Source: Candidatus Bathyarchaeum tardum (GTDB lineage: Archaea > Thermoproteota > Bathyarchaeia > Bathyarchaeales > Bathyarchaeaceae). From it: 64,000 nucleotides of DNA. Below are positions 9,391 to 19,153 of this stretch, piece by piece (within the stretch, counting starts at the first letter, position 1; each line of letters starts with the position of its first letter). The notes beneath the pieces were generated by a model, which saw nothing but the letters and a program-made list of their open reading frames with translations, ran no database searches and was not told the origin of the DNA. Made by a program: the position numbers and the translations under genes. The stretch is taken from assembly GCA_024650005.2 (NCBI GenBank), contig CP122380.1:288001-352000 (forward strand), in the 5' to 3' direction.

Positions 9391-10825
9391 ACAAAGCAAA
9401 AGAAAAGATATTGTGATAAATCCGATCACAAGAATAGAGGGGCACGCCAAAGTAACAATATGCCTCAGTAAAAACGAATCAGTCAAAGAGGCCCGATTCC
9501 ACGTAGTTGACTTCAGAGGATTCGAAAAATTCTGCGAAGGACGCCCATTTTACGAAATGCCAAGCATAACTGCAAGGTCATGCGGTATTTGCCCAGTAAG
9601 CCACCTGCTAGCTTCAGCAAAAGCATGTGACGAGATAGTAGGAGCGAACCCACCTAAAATAGCTACGCTCCTACGCCGCCTGATACACATGGGACAAATA
9701 ATACAATCCCATGCTTTAAATTTCTTCCATCTATCATCTCCAGACCTGCTGTTGGGAATGGACGCAGATCCCGCTGATAGAAACATTTTCGGTTTGATAA
9801 AAAAACAACCAGAAATTGCATTGCAAGGAATCAAACTGCGAAAATTTGGGCAAGAAATAATAGAAAAAGTAGCGGGCAAAAAAATACACCCCAGCGACTG
9901 GATCTTGCCCGGAGGAGTACAGTGGTCACTTAAGAAAGAAAATGCTGATTATCTGCTGTCTAATCTGCCAGAAGCGCTAGATATCACAATTAAGACAATT
10001 TCAATGTTTAAGGATCTCCTGCAAGGATTTGATGAAGAGGTACAAAACTTTGGCAACTTCCCCTCGTATTACATGGGAATGGTTAACTCGACCAGAGGAC
10101 TGGAAATGTATGATGGAAAAATACTCATTGTTGACCAAGACGGCAAAATTGTAGCTGACCAGCTTGACCCTAAAAAATATCAAGAATACATCGGCGAAGC
10201 CGTTGAACCGTGGTCTTACATGAAGTTCCCATACTACAAACCCTTAGGTTACCCAAATGGAATGTACAGAGTAGGTCCATTGGCTAGGCTAAATGTAGCA
10301 TCACACTGCGGTACAACTGTTGCTGATAAAGAACTTAAAGAATTCAAGAAACTTGGAAAGAATGGTATTGTGCAAAGTAGTTTTCTTTACCATTATGCAC
10401 GCCTAATAGAGATCCTAACATGTATCGAAACCACACAAAACCTTCTTGAGGAGCCTGAAATCCTCTCAGAACATGTTCAAGCCAAAGCCTTCGTGAACAA
10501 TTATGAAGGAATCGGAGTTGCAGAAGCTCCTAGAGGAACTTTGATTCACCACTACAGAGTTGACCCACAGGGAATAATAAAATGGTGTAACATGATCATA
10601 GCTACAGAACATAATAACCTTGCATACAACCAAGCTGTAACTCAAGTCGCTAAAAAATACGTAAAAACAAAACAACTACGAGAAGGAATGCTTAACAGAA
10701 TCGAAGCAGTAATCCGAGCATTTGACCCCTGTTTAAGTTGTGCAACACACGCAATAGGAAAAATGCCCCTGGAATTACAGCTCATAAATTCAGAAGGAAA
10801 AATCATCGACATCATAGCCAGATAA
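9383..10825 (+). CDS. hoxH: [NiFe] hydrogenase large subunit HoxH (group 3d)
   Basis: TRIEGH; L1 motif RSCGICPVSH; L2 motif FDPCLSCATH followed by a cleavable C-terminal extension. Confidence 0.9.
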   Translation: MAEQSKRKDIVINPITRIEGHAKVTICLSKNESVKEARFHVVDFRGFEKFCEGRPFYEMPSITARSCGICPVSHLLASAKACDEIVGANPPKIATLLRRLIHMGQIIQSHALNFFHLSSPDLLLGMDADPADRNIFGLIKKQPEIALQGIKLRKFGQEIIEKVAGKKIHPSDWILPGGVQWSLKKENADYLLSNLPEALDITIKTISMFKDLLQGFDEEVQNFGNFPSYYMGMVNSTRGLEMYDGKILIVDQDGKIVADQLDPKKYQEYIGEAVEPWSYMKFPYYKPLGYPNGMYRVGPLARLNVASHCGTTVADKELKEFKKLGKNGIVQSSFLYHYARLIEILTCIETTQNLLEEPEILSEHVQAKAFVNNYEGIGVAEAPRGTLIHHYRVDPQGIIKWCNMIIATEHNNLAYNQAVTQVAKKYVKTKQLREGMLNRIEAVIRAFDPCLSCATHAIGKMPLELQLINSEGKIIDIIAR

Positions 10826-11028
10826 CAATACCCCAAATGAGCTAACACTCACTTTTAACAAAATACTCACCATTATTTGACTACCCACAACAACAAAAAC
10901 CCATTTGCTTCTGCAGCCTTCACAAGAAATCTGTTGCTCACTCATAATTTAGGGCTTCAAAAATTTCAATAAACAAAAAAAGAAGAGACGATGAAAAAGT
11001 ACAAAATGGTACATATTCGTTTTTAGAA

Positions 11029-11123
11029 TGGTGCGGCCGCCGGGATTTGAACCCGGGTTGTCAGCGTTCTACCCACCGTGGTGGATGGCAGGCTGATGTC
11101 CTACCAAACTAGACTACGACCGC
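11029..11123 (-). tRNA. tRNA-Gly(GCC) with 19-nt canonical intron at 37/38 (11067-11085); CCA encoded
   Basis: Anticodon stem TCAGC/GCTGA, loop CT GCC A^C. BHB helix CTGC/GTAG; intron hairpin CCACC/GGTGG. Confidence 0.92.
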
Positions 11124-11258
11124 TCAGGACTGTTTCAAATACAGTTACGGCATTTATTTCTTTTCGTAGAAAAGAACTTTTCCATTTCCCCAACCAACAC
11201 CAAAACCACATAAATATAATAGGTTGAGGACCTACTTGAACCCGAAGTGCAGTAATTC

Positions 11259-11999
11259 ATGTCTGACAAAAACACCCTAAAAGGCAAATCGGTTTTTGTT
11301 ATGGGCGGAGGAAAATTTGGAACCAACGCCCTTAGGTACCTAAAAACTAAAGAAGCTAAAGTTTTGGTTGTGGACATAAACCCCAACTGCAAAGCAAAAC
11401 CAGAAGCTGACATTCAAGCGTACAGTTTAGATGTCTGGAACAGTTTGAAAAATGGACAACCTGCTTTTCTTGCCGGTGACGCTTACAAGCTTTTGTTGGA
11501 TCTACTACAAACCTCGGTTCCAGATTTTGTGGTTACCGCAATTCAGGGTAACACCATTGCTAACGTTGTGCAAAACTGGTTTACAAAAAACGGTTTCAAA
11601 AGCGAACCATACTTGGAAGGGGTATCCAAAGTTTTAGAGAACCTCCCAAAGAGTATGGTCTTCGTGAATGAAAATACTGCATTTATTGCTGCCAGTTACA
11701 TGTATCCCGACAAACGGTGCAAAACAAATTGCCCCGCCCCAAAGAACGTGTGTGCCTTAACGGGCAGACCAAAACCTGCGACCATAGAATCTCTTTTGAA
11801 GTTTGCAGTTTTTGGTGTGGCGGATCACTGTATTCTTTTTAGTTCACCCCTACTGACTGCAGGATTAGGCGCCATAAATGGAAACGATCTTTCTTCCCTC
11901 TTTAAAAAGCTAGAAACCTTCCCCAAACCTTTTACCCTTGCTTTAGGAACTGCATGCGACTGCCACGGGGTTGTTAGCCTCATAAAAATAACAAAATAA
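11259..11999 (+). CDS. NAD(P)-binding Rossmann-fold protein with Cys-rich C-terminus, function unknown
   Basis: VFVMGGGKFG...VVD motif; CKTNCP..VC and TACDCHG. Confidence 0.65.
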   Translation: MSDKNTLKGKSVFVMGGGKFGTNALRYLKTKEAKVLVVDINPNCKAKPEADIQAYSLDVWNSLKNGQPAFLAGDAYKLLLDLLQTSVPDFVVTAIQGNTIANVVQNWFTKNGFKSEPYLEGVSKVLENLPKSMVFVNENTAFIAASYMYPDKRCKTNCPAPKNVCALTGRPKPATIESLLKFAVFGVADHCILFSSPLLTAGLGAINGNDLSSLFKKLETFPKPFTLALGTACDCHGVVSLIKITK

Positions 12000-12033
12000 C
12001 AAAGTTTCAATCGCTTTTTTGTGTTTTCCACAT

Positions 12034-12053
12034 CTTTTCACAGGTTTCCTAAA
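12034..12053 (+). promoter_or_regulatory. shared upstream motif CTTTTCAYRGGTTTCCTAAA, copy 1
   Basis: 18/20 identical to 14493-14512; both copies lie upstream of secreted-protein genes. Confidence 0.5.
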
Positions 12054-12106
12054 TAATTCCCACCTGCAGGTTACTATAGTACATCCCTGGAGGGCATCAC
12101 TAGGCT

Positions 12107-13072
12107 TTGTTAACTAAAAAAATGGCAGTAACTGTTCTTGTGGCTCTTGCGTTGTCAACAACTTTTATTGTCTTGAACCAAACTTTTGCTCAAACCATCG
12201 ACCCTCAAAAACAAAAAGCAGAAACTTTGATCCGAATTCTTGAAGAAAACAACATAACTGTGTTATCTGCCTTTAATGACCTTGAACAAAAAAACATTAC
12301 TCCACCCGAGACTGCTCAAACAATGTATAATCAGGGGCTTGTCTTAGCGACTGAAGCTTATGATTTTTTGGAACAAGGAAACTATGCTGAAGCAAGCACC
12401 AAAGCTGTTGAGGCCATGAAACAATTTGAAGAAACCTTGTTTTTGTTAGAGTCTGCGTTGCCTTCAGATTCAACACCTTCAACAGCAGAAGCCGCCTTGA
12501 ACTTGAAAGCAAACATAACCCGAGTTGCAAGCTATATAGAACGGCTGCAGAACATGGCACAAAAAGCTTCTGCTGCAGGATACAACACCTTAAAGGTTGA
12601 AAAAAGTCTAAAAGAAATCAACAATCACTTGGAGAACGCTACACGAAAACTGAGTGCCCTTGATTTAGAAGGGGCATCTAATGACCTTTGTACTTCCGAA
12701 GCATTGCTTGATGAGTTAACGGAGCATGTTTCTCGGTTAACTAATCTTGTTTCGGAGTCCAATGCTCAAAGGTATCTTCAAGCTGCAGAAGTTAGATTGT
12801 CTGTAACGAGGACGGAGTTATCTGTTTCTGCAACTTTGACTCCTAAAGAAAAAGAAGACGCTCTTACTGCCTTGAACAATTCTGAGACCAGTTTAACAAA
12901 CGCCCGTGATTTGATACAGGATAGCAAAGTTGATGATGCCATTGAAGCGCTTGAAGAAGCCAAACGATGGGAAGAACAATCAACCAACGCCATATCTGCC
13001 GTGGCTGTAACTCCATCTGCATCAAACACAAATGAAAGTTTGTCAAGCATCGAAGTAACTAAAGCTGATTAG
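12107..13072 (+). CDS. secreted alpha-helical repeat protein
   Basis: Signal peptide (..TFA/Q); amphipathic helical bundle composition. Confidence 0.7.
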   Translation: MLTKKMAVTVLVALALSTTFIVLNQTFAQTIDPQKQKAETLIRILEENNITVLSAFNDLEQKNITPPETAQTMYNQGLVLATEAYDFLEQGNYAEASTKAVEAMKQFEETLFLLESALPSDSTPSTAEAALNLKANITRVASYIERLQNMAQKASAAGYNTLKVEKSLKEINNHLENATRKLSALDLEGASNDLCTSEALLDELTEHVSRLTNLVSESNAQRYLQAAEVRLSVTRTELSVSATLTPKEKEDALTALNNSETSLTNARDLIQDSKVDDAIEALEEAKRWEEQSTNAISAVAVTPSASNTNESLSSIEVTKAD

Positions 13073-13152
13073 GTGGTGTTTTTTCCGTGAATTTTCAGTA
13101 CACAAAAGTTTTAGGCGTATACGTCTAACTTTCCGCAGAGAAGTGACGCCCT

Positions 13153-14445
13153 TTGACTAAAAAACGGGCTTTTGCCTATGTTATATTAAGTTTGGTTGTT
13201 GTGTTGGCAGTAACTTCTCCCAGAAGCTTTTCCCAAGAAATAACCCCAAAAACCTTAGTTTTCATGGTGTTTGTTGATGGTTTTGTATCCACTGATTATG
13301 TTCTTGAAGTTGATCCAGAATTTCCTACCCAAAATGTGACAGTTTTTGGTCAAGTTTTAGAAGACCTTCTGGTAGTAGATGAGGATGGGTTACCGTTAAG
13401 TTACTCATTACACGGTTCTACCATTAGTGTTCACAGTTTGGGAACAACCGAAGTTGAAATATCCTACCTAACTCAGGATATTACTTCAAAACAAGGGAAA
13501 TACTGGACATTAACTGTGGCACCACCTATTGCGGCGCGAATAATTTTGCCTTCAGAAGCTGCAATTATTAGTTTGAACAAAGTTCCAGAACTAATACAAA
13601 CCAGCAACGACAAAGTAAACCTTCTCATGGATTCTGGATTGATCCAAGTAACATACGTAGTGGGTATAGTTGGAACCCCAGAGCACGCCCGAATGGTTCT
13701 GGATGATGCAGAACTTTTGGTTGTGCAAATTCAGAGTTTGGGTGTAATTGTTACTGACGCAGAAACAAAACTTCAGCAAGGGGAAACCGCTTTTAGTCTT
13801 GGAAACTATGCCGAAGCAGAAACCCTTGGAACTGAAGCAAAAAATTTGGCTATTCAAATTAATCAAACAGCAGTTCAGGCTCAATCAAAAATTGTTGACG
13901 CTGAAAACGTGATAACAGTCGCTGAAGATAAAGAACAAAAAAATGGATTAGATGATGTCCGTAAGTTAGTTGAACAAGCACATACAGAATACGAAATTGG
14001 TAACTATTCTGCAGCTCTAAGTTTAGCAACTCAAGCAATAATGTTAGCTGATGTTTCACTGTTTTCTGCGACTGAAGGGTTTCCTATATTAGAGGTTGCT
14101 ATTGGAATAATCGTGTTTTTGTTTGTAGTTGCTTTATTTTTTGTTTTGAAATCAAGAAACAGAACTGACTTAGTAAAACCGGAATCCAAAAAACGTGACA
14201 TAGATGTTGAACGCATATTTGCAGGTCATAAGGATTTATTGCCTGAAGAAAAACAAGCAATACAGTTTTTGGTTGACAATAACGGTGAAGCCTTTGAAGC
14301 AGACCTTTATGATTATGTAAAACTTCCGCGAACAACTACTTGGAGAATGGTTAAGCGCCTCAAAGGAATGAACATCATAACAGTTACCAAGTTCCGAAGA
14401 CAAAATCTGGTCCGTATCAAAAGCAAATACAACATCAAAGACTAG
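13153..14445 (+). CDS. membrane-anchored transcriptional regulator (extracellular domain, TM, C-terminal winged helix; COG2512-like)
   Basis: Signal peptide; TM segment near aa 312-333; C-terminal EKQAIQFLVDNNGEAFEADL...LPRTTTWRMVKRLKGMNII wHTH. Confidence 0.75.
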   Translation: MTKKRAFAYVILSLVVVLAVTSPRSFSQEITPKTLVFMVFVDGFVSTDYVLEVDPEFPTQNVTVFGQVLEDLLVVDEDGLPLSYSLHGSTISVHSLGTTEVEISYLTQDITSKQGKYWTLTVAPPIAARIILPSEAAIISLNKVPELIQTSNDKVNLLMDSGLIQVTYVVGIVGTPEHARMVLDDAELLVVQIQSLGVIVTDAETKLQQGETAFSLGNYAEAETLGTEAKNLAIQINQTAVQAQSKIVDAENVITVAEDKEQKNGLDDVRKLVEQAHTEYEIGNYSAALSLATQAIMLADVSLFSATEGFPILEVAIGIIVFLFVVALFFVLKSRNRTDLVKPESKKRDIDVERIFAGHKDLLPEEKQAIQFLVDNNGEAFEADLYDYVKLPRTTTWRMVKRLKGMNIITVTKFRRQNLVRIKSKYNIKD

Positions 14446-14492
14446 GTCTAGTTTGGAAACCATCTCTTTTTTTTGAAATTTGTTTTTCGAGC

Positions 14493-14512
14493 CTTTTCAT
14501 GGGTTTCCTAAA
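14493..14512 (+). promoter_or_regulatory. shared upstream motif, copy 2
   Basis: CTTTTCATGGGTTTCCTAAA; see 12034-12053. Confidence 0.5.
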
Positions 14513-14551
14513 GATACGCCCAAGATATTGGTTTTTATGAGGTTTAAAAAA

Positions 14552-15139
14552 ATGCAAAAGAAAATCGTAATTTCTATGGCTGTGGTAACGTTGCTGCTCA
14601 TGGGAGTAATGGCAACGTCAGTTTTAGCCTCAGAAATAAAACTGGCAACCAATGCTGCTGTATCAACCAGAATGCAAGCAGTCCCTGAAACAGAATTAAC
14701 AAGAAAAGCAGTTTCCCTGACGGAACTTTCTGCCGTAGCAGTGAATGCTGACGATGCTTCGATAACTGTGGTCCCTAAAGAAATTGGAGAATTGTCAAAC
14801 GTTGAAGTTGATAACCTGCGTGAACTAGTGCCTGAAACATACGAAGAAACTGATGCACGAGTAATTCAGAGAACAAGGTTCCTGCTGTATACAAAGGATG
14901 GCAAATACATCATGTGGGGCTTTGTTGGAAATGGCCACTTTGTGGGCACAGACAACATGGACAAACACTGCTGGGGAATCTATGGCAAAGGAGTCTTTGC
15001 AGGATTCTATGACGGAGAATTCTTCTGGGGCAACTACCGAGGCGGTAACTGGAAAGCCGAAGGACTCTTCGGACTCAACAGCGCGAGCGGAAAATACATA
15101 CTATTTCCAACACCAACTCTAACAGCAAATACACCATAA
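14552..15139 (+). CDS. secreted protein with Gly/aromatic beta-repeat C-terminus
   Basis: GAGGT Shine-Dalgarno; signal peptide; WG-x-x-G-x-G-x-F repeats. Confidence 0.7.
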   Translation: MQKKIVISMAVVTLLLMGVMATSVLASEIKLATNAAVSTRMQAVPETELTRKAVSLTELSAVAVNADDASITVVPKEIGELSNVEVDNLRELVPETYEETDARVIQRTRFLLYTKDGKYIMWGFVGNGHFVGTDNMDKHCWGIYGKGVFAGFYDGEFFWGNYRGGNWKAEGLFGLNSASGKYILFPTPTLTANTP

Positions 15140-15231
15140 AACAAAAATTTATCCAACCCTTCTCTTTTTTTTCAAAAAATGAAATAAAGTTATATTTCAA
15201 AACAAAACATTCTAGAAATGAAGTATTAGAT

Positions 15232-15646
15232 TTGCCGGTAACACCTCTTCATCATCCCCTTGCATATTTCATTTACAAACTTAACAAACGGCTCAGTTTG
15301 CCAGGGCTGATTGTGGGAAGCATGTTTCCTGACCTTGAAAATCCTTTGATTGTATTGTTTTTGGGAACTCAAGTTCCAAACCGACTGGTGCTTCATAGCA
15401 TCTTTGGGGCTGGTCATTTCTGTTCTTGTTGGTATTCTCTCTCATGTTCTGTTAGATTTCACAAACCACCCTTATAACCCCCTTTTTTGGCCTTTCAGTT
15501 CCCCAACTTTCACCGAAAGCCCAATTTATTTTGCTCTTGGAAATCCCCTTGGATCACTTCATATCCATATTATAATGGGAGTCCTTCTTGTTGGGTTGAT
15601 ATTCGTTAATCGTAAAAACTTGTTTGAAAAATTACTTGTTGGTTAG
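15232..15646 (+). pseudogene. DUF4184/metal-dependent hydrolase-like membrane protein, frameshifted
   Basis: N-terminal half (PVTPLH..GSMFPD..HSIFGA) and C-terminal half (GILSHVLLD..NPLFWPF) are in different frames, joined near 15405-15411. Confidence 0.7.
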
Positions 15647-15724
15647 AACTGTTTGTCACTGTTTTAATTGAAAGTTAAAATATCCCTTAACAAACAAGTA
15701 TTTGGGGGATTTGGAGGTCAAAAC

Positions 15725-16564
15725 ATGAGTGTTGAGCTTCCTGAAGCAAAAATTTTAGCTGCCCAACTGAACCAGCAAGTCTTGGACAAACAAGTAAAAT
15801 CATGTGAAACCCAAGAAAGCAAAGGCTTACAAAGAATTGGAATGTTAGAACCCGACCTAACCGTTTTTGATCAGCTTGTTGACGCAAAAATTGAGACGAT
15901 TGTCTCACGAGGAAATGTTATTGTCATAAAATTTGATAACAAAACCGATTTGATAGTTGGACTGGAGTATGGTGGTGAACTGTTTTATCATCAAAGTGCG
16001 AACGACGTTTCTAGTTTTCATGTAAAACTTGTTTTCACAGATAACACAGCCTTAACTGTTAGACTTACCAGCATGGGGGTAATCCAACTACTAGCTGACA
16101 AAAATTTAGGCATGTCATATGTGTATAAACGGGACTTTGATTTGAGCAAGCTCTCTACAACAGATAAAGATTTTACTTTTCAGCATTTTTCTTTAATGTT
16201 TTCAGAAAAAAACAAGATGTTAAAAGCAGTTCTTGTTGGAAAAGATGCAGTAGTTGTTGGAATCAGTAATAGTACATTTCAGGACATTTTGTATCGGGCT
16301 GGGCTTCATCCAAAACGAAAAGCTTCTGAATTGTCCGCTGAAGAAATGCAAAGACTCTATGCTGCAATCAAGTTTGTGGTTAAAGAGCGAATACGACTCA
16401 ACGGAAAAGAAGATTTTCAGGATCTTTACCAAAAAAATGGTAGTTATATGCCTGCGATGGGACCTCATATGAAAGAGAAATACTGTCCTGAATGCGGAAC
16501 AATCATACAAAAACTAAGTCACGGTGGTGGACACGTTTACCTTTGTCCATGCTGCCAGACTTAG
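15725..16564 (+). CDS. Fpg/Nei-family DNA glycosylase-like protein (H2TH + Zn finger), divergent
   Basis: ELPE N-terminus; GISN..DILYRAGLHP H2TH; CPECG...CPCCQ zinc finger. GGAGG precedes ATG 15725. Confidence 0.8.
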   Translation: MSVELPEAKILAAQLNQQVLDKQVKSCETQESKGLQRIGMLEPDLTVFDQLVDAKIETIVSRGNVIVIKFDNKTDLIVGLEYGGELFYHQSANDVSSFHVKLVFTDNTALTVRLTSMGVIQLLADKNLGMSYVYKRDFDLSKLSTTDKDFTFQHFSLMFSEKNKMLKAVLVGKDAVVVGISNSTFQDILYRAGLHPKRKASELSAEEMQRLYAAIKFVVKERIRLNGKEDFQDLYQKNGSYMPAMGPHMKEKYCPECGTIIQKLSHGGGHVYLCPCCQT

Positions 16565-16824
16565 AACAAGAGACCTCTTTTGCCGTTTTCTACTATGAAT
16601 TGTAACTCCTATTTTTTTTAATTTTAATCTATAAAGTCACGGTTTCTTTCACGCCTGAATAAATGAATGTATGTTCATGTTTGTGGGTTTTTGAGTTTGT
16701 ACATTGAATGTTTGATGTTGATTTCATCTTTTTGTTGAAAAATCTTATAAGCAGGGTTTTGCCTAGTGGCAATAGGTTGCCGTATACCGCTGTATGAGGC
16801 AAAAAATTGGAGAAATGAAATAAA

Positions 16825-18414
16825 ATGAATTTAAGAAGACCAAACGCAGACGAAGCAACAGCTACATTCAACCGCTCAAAGAGCGTTGCCCCCATGTCTG
16901 GCATCTGTTCGCGATGTGTTGATGGATGCAAAGGCGGTTGTGAAATATGGTTATCATCCTTTAGAGGCCGAGAGGTGCTCTATCCTGGACCCTTTGGAGA
17001 CGTAACTGCAGGAGCAGACAAAAATTACCCCGTAGACTACTCTCACTTGAACATTCAAGGATACGCCAGAGGTGCAAAAGGACTTCCCGAAGGTGTTGAA
17101 GCAGACCCTGACACTGCACTGTTTCCCAACGTTGACACAGAAACAGAATACGGTTGGACAAAAAAAGTCAAAATGCGCGTCCCGATATTCACTGGCGCAT
17201 TAGGTTCAACCGAAATTGCCCGAAAAAACTGGGAACACTTTGCAATCGGAGCAGCAATCTCAGGAATCACCCTTGTTTGTGGAGAAAACGTTTGTGGAAT
17301 TGATCCTGAACTAGTCCTAGACAGCAACGGAAAAATAACCAAAGCCCCAGAAATGGACCGCCGAATCGAAATCTATAGAAAATTCCACGAAGGATACGGT
17401 GAACTATTAGTTCAAATGAACGTCGAAGATACACGCTTCGGAGTAGCCGAGTACGTGTCCTCAAAACACAACTTGGATACAATTGAACTCAAATGGGGAC
17501 AAGGTGCAAAATGCATTGGTGGAGAAATCAAAGTAAAATCTTTGAAACGAGCAGTAGAACTCAAAAGACGAGGCTACGTAGTTTCACCTGACCCTACTCT
17601 AACTGAAAACCAAATCGCATTCAATGAAGGCGCAATAAAAGAATTTGAACGCCACTCACGTCTAGGTTTTGTAACCAAAGAAGCATTTCTCGAAGAAGTT
17701 GACCGCCTTCGAGGATTAGGTTTCAAACGAATAACCTTGAAAACAGGTGCATACTCTGCTTTGGAACTGGCAATGGCCCTACGTTTTGGTGCAGAAGCAA
17801 AACTTGACCTCCTCACAATAGACGGCGCACCTGGAGGCACAGGCATGAGTCCATGGCCAATGATGAACGAATGGGGAATTCCAACATTTTACCTACAGGC
17901 TCTTACATACAGGTTCACTCAAAAACTCAAAGCAAGAGGCATGCGAGTTCCAGACCTTGCAATGGCTGGTGGATTCTCATCTGAAGATGGTGTATTCAAA
18001 GCACTTGCAATGGGAAGCCCAGACGTGAAAGCAGTATGTATGGGACGAGGCTTAATGATACCCGGAATGGTCGGAAAGAACATTGACCACTGGCTGAAAG
18101 AGGGTAGCTTGCCCACGTCAGTTTCTAAATATGGCAATTCCGTTAACGAAATCTTTGTTGCCTATGCAGAACTTACTGAAAAATTCGGTGCAGACATGAA
18201 GAACATACCTTTAGGCGCTGTTGCTATCTACACATATTGCCAAAAATTCAAAGTTGGACTACAACAACTAATGGCTGGAAGCAGAAACTTCAAGCTCTCA
18301 ACAATAAGCCGCAAAGACCTGATGGCTCTAACTGAAGAAGCATCAAAGATTTCAGGCATTCCATACGTCATGGACGCCTACGGCGAAGAAGCAAACAAAG
18401 TCTTAGAAGAATAA
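16825..18414 (+). CDS. FMN-binding glutamate synthase family protein (archaeal GltB2-like)
   Basis: IELKWGQGAK, TIDGAPGGTGMSP and AGG..KALAMG motifs. Confidence 0.85.
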   Translation: MNLRRPNADEATATFNRSKSVAPMSGICSRCVDGCKGGCEIWLSSFRGREVLYPGPFGDVTAGADKNYPVDYSHLNIQGYARGAKGLPEGVEADPDTALFPNVDTETEYGWTKKVKMRVPIFTGALGSTEIARKNWEHFAIGAAISGITLVCGENVCGIDPELVLDSNGKITKAPEMDRRIEIYRKFHEGYGELLVQMNVEDTRFGVAEYVSSKHNLDTIELKWGQGAKCIGGEIKVKSLKRAVELKRRGYVVSPDPTLTENQIAFNEGAIKEFERHSRLGFVTKEAFLEEVDRLRGLGFKRITLKTGAYSALELAMALRFGAEAKLDLLTIDGAPGGTGMSPWPMMNEWGIPTFYLQALTYRFTQKLKARGMRVPDLAMAGGFSSEDGVFKALAMGSPDVKAVCMGRGLMIPGMVGKNIDHWLKEGSLPTSVSKYGNSVNEIFVAYAELTEKFGADMKNIPLGAVAIYTYCQKFKVGLQQLMAGSRNFKLSTISRKDLMALTEEASKISGIPYVMDAYGEEANKVLEE

Positions 18415-18542
18415 GGGACTAAAAATCCCTTTTTCTACTTTTATTTTTTTTGTAAAATTTTTTAATTCATTATTGTATTATTTTTCGCTGTTCCACAAAG
18501 GATATTACTGCTTATTCTCAGTTATTTTCAGGGAGACTAAAA

Positions 18543-19124
18543 ATGGACAGAAAATGGATTGCTGTAATTGTAATCACACTCGCTGTTGTTGTGGTTGGAG
18601 TTATTTTCGCTGCACTATATTATGGAACTTACAATAATTTAGTAAACCTTGAAGTAGATGTGGACCAAAAATGGGCTGATGTTGAAGCTGTTCTACAAAG
18701 AAGATTTGACTTAATTCCTAATGTTGTGGATTCTGCTAAGCTTTACATCGAATATGAAGGATCCATTCTCGAAAACATAACAATGCTAAGAAGTCAATGG
18801 GCACAAGCACAAGCAACTGGTGATGAAAATGCGGTAGTTGATGTATCGAATGACCTTGATGCTGGAATATCCCAATTTATTATTGTTGTTGAAGCTTACC
18901 CCGATTTGAAAGCTTCGGGAATTGTACAAGACTTGATTATAGAACTTGAAGGCTCAGAAAACAGGATTGCCACAGAACGTATACGATACAACAGCGCAGT
19001 AAGTGAATTCAACAGTGCACGAAGAGTTTTTCCTGCTAACATTTGGGCATCAGGCTGGGGCTTTGAAGCTAGAGAATTCTTTGAAGCTTCCAATGATGTG
19101 TATACTCCTCCATCAGTACAATAA
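18543..19124 (+). CDS. lemA: LemA family protein
   Basis: YNNLV..WADVEAVLQRRFDLIPN, EAYPDLKA and ENRIATERIRYN motifs. Confidence 0.92.
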   Translation: MDRKWIAVIVITLAVVVVGVIFAALYYGTYNNLVNLEVDVDQKWADVEAVLQRRFDLIPNVVDSAKLYIEYEGSILENITMLRSQWAQAQATGDENAVVDVSNDLDAGISQFIIVVEAYPDLKASGIVQDLIIELEGSENRIATERIRYNSAVSEFNSARRVFPANIWASGWGFEAREFFEASNDVYTPPSVQ

Positions 19125-19153
19125 ATGATACTATCGAGTCCCGAGGCGGTCTT

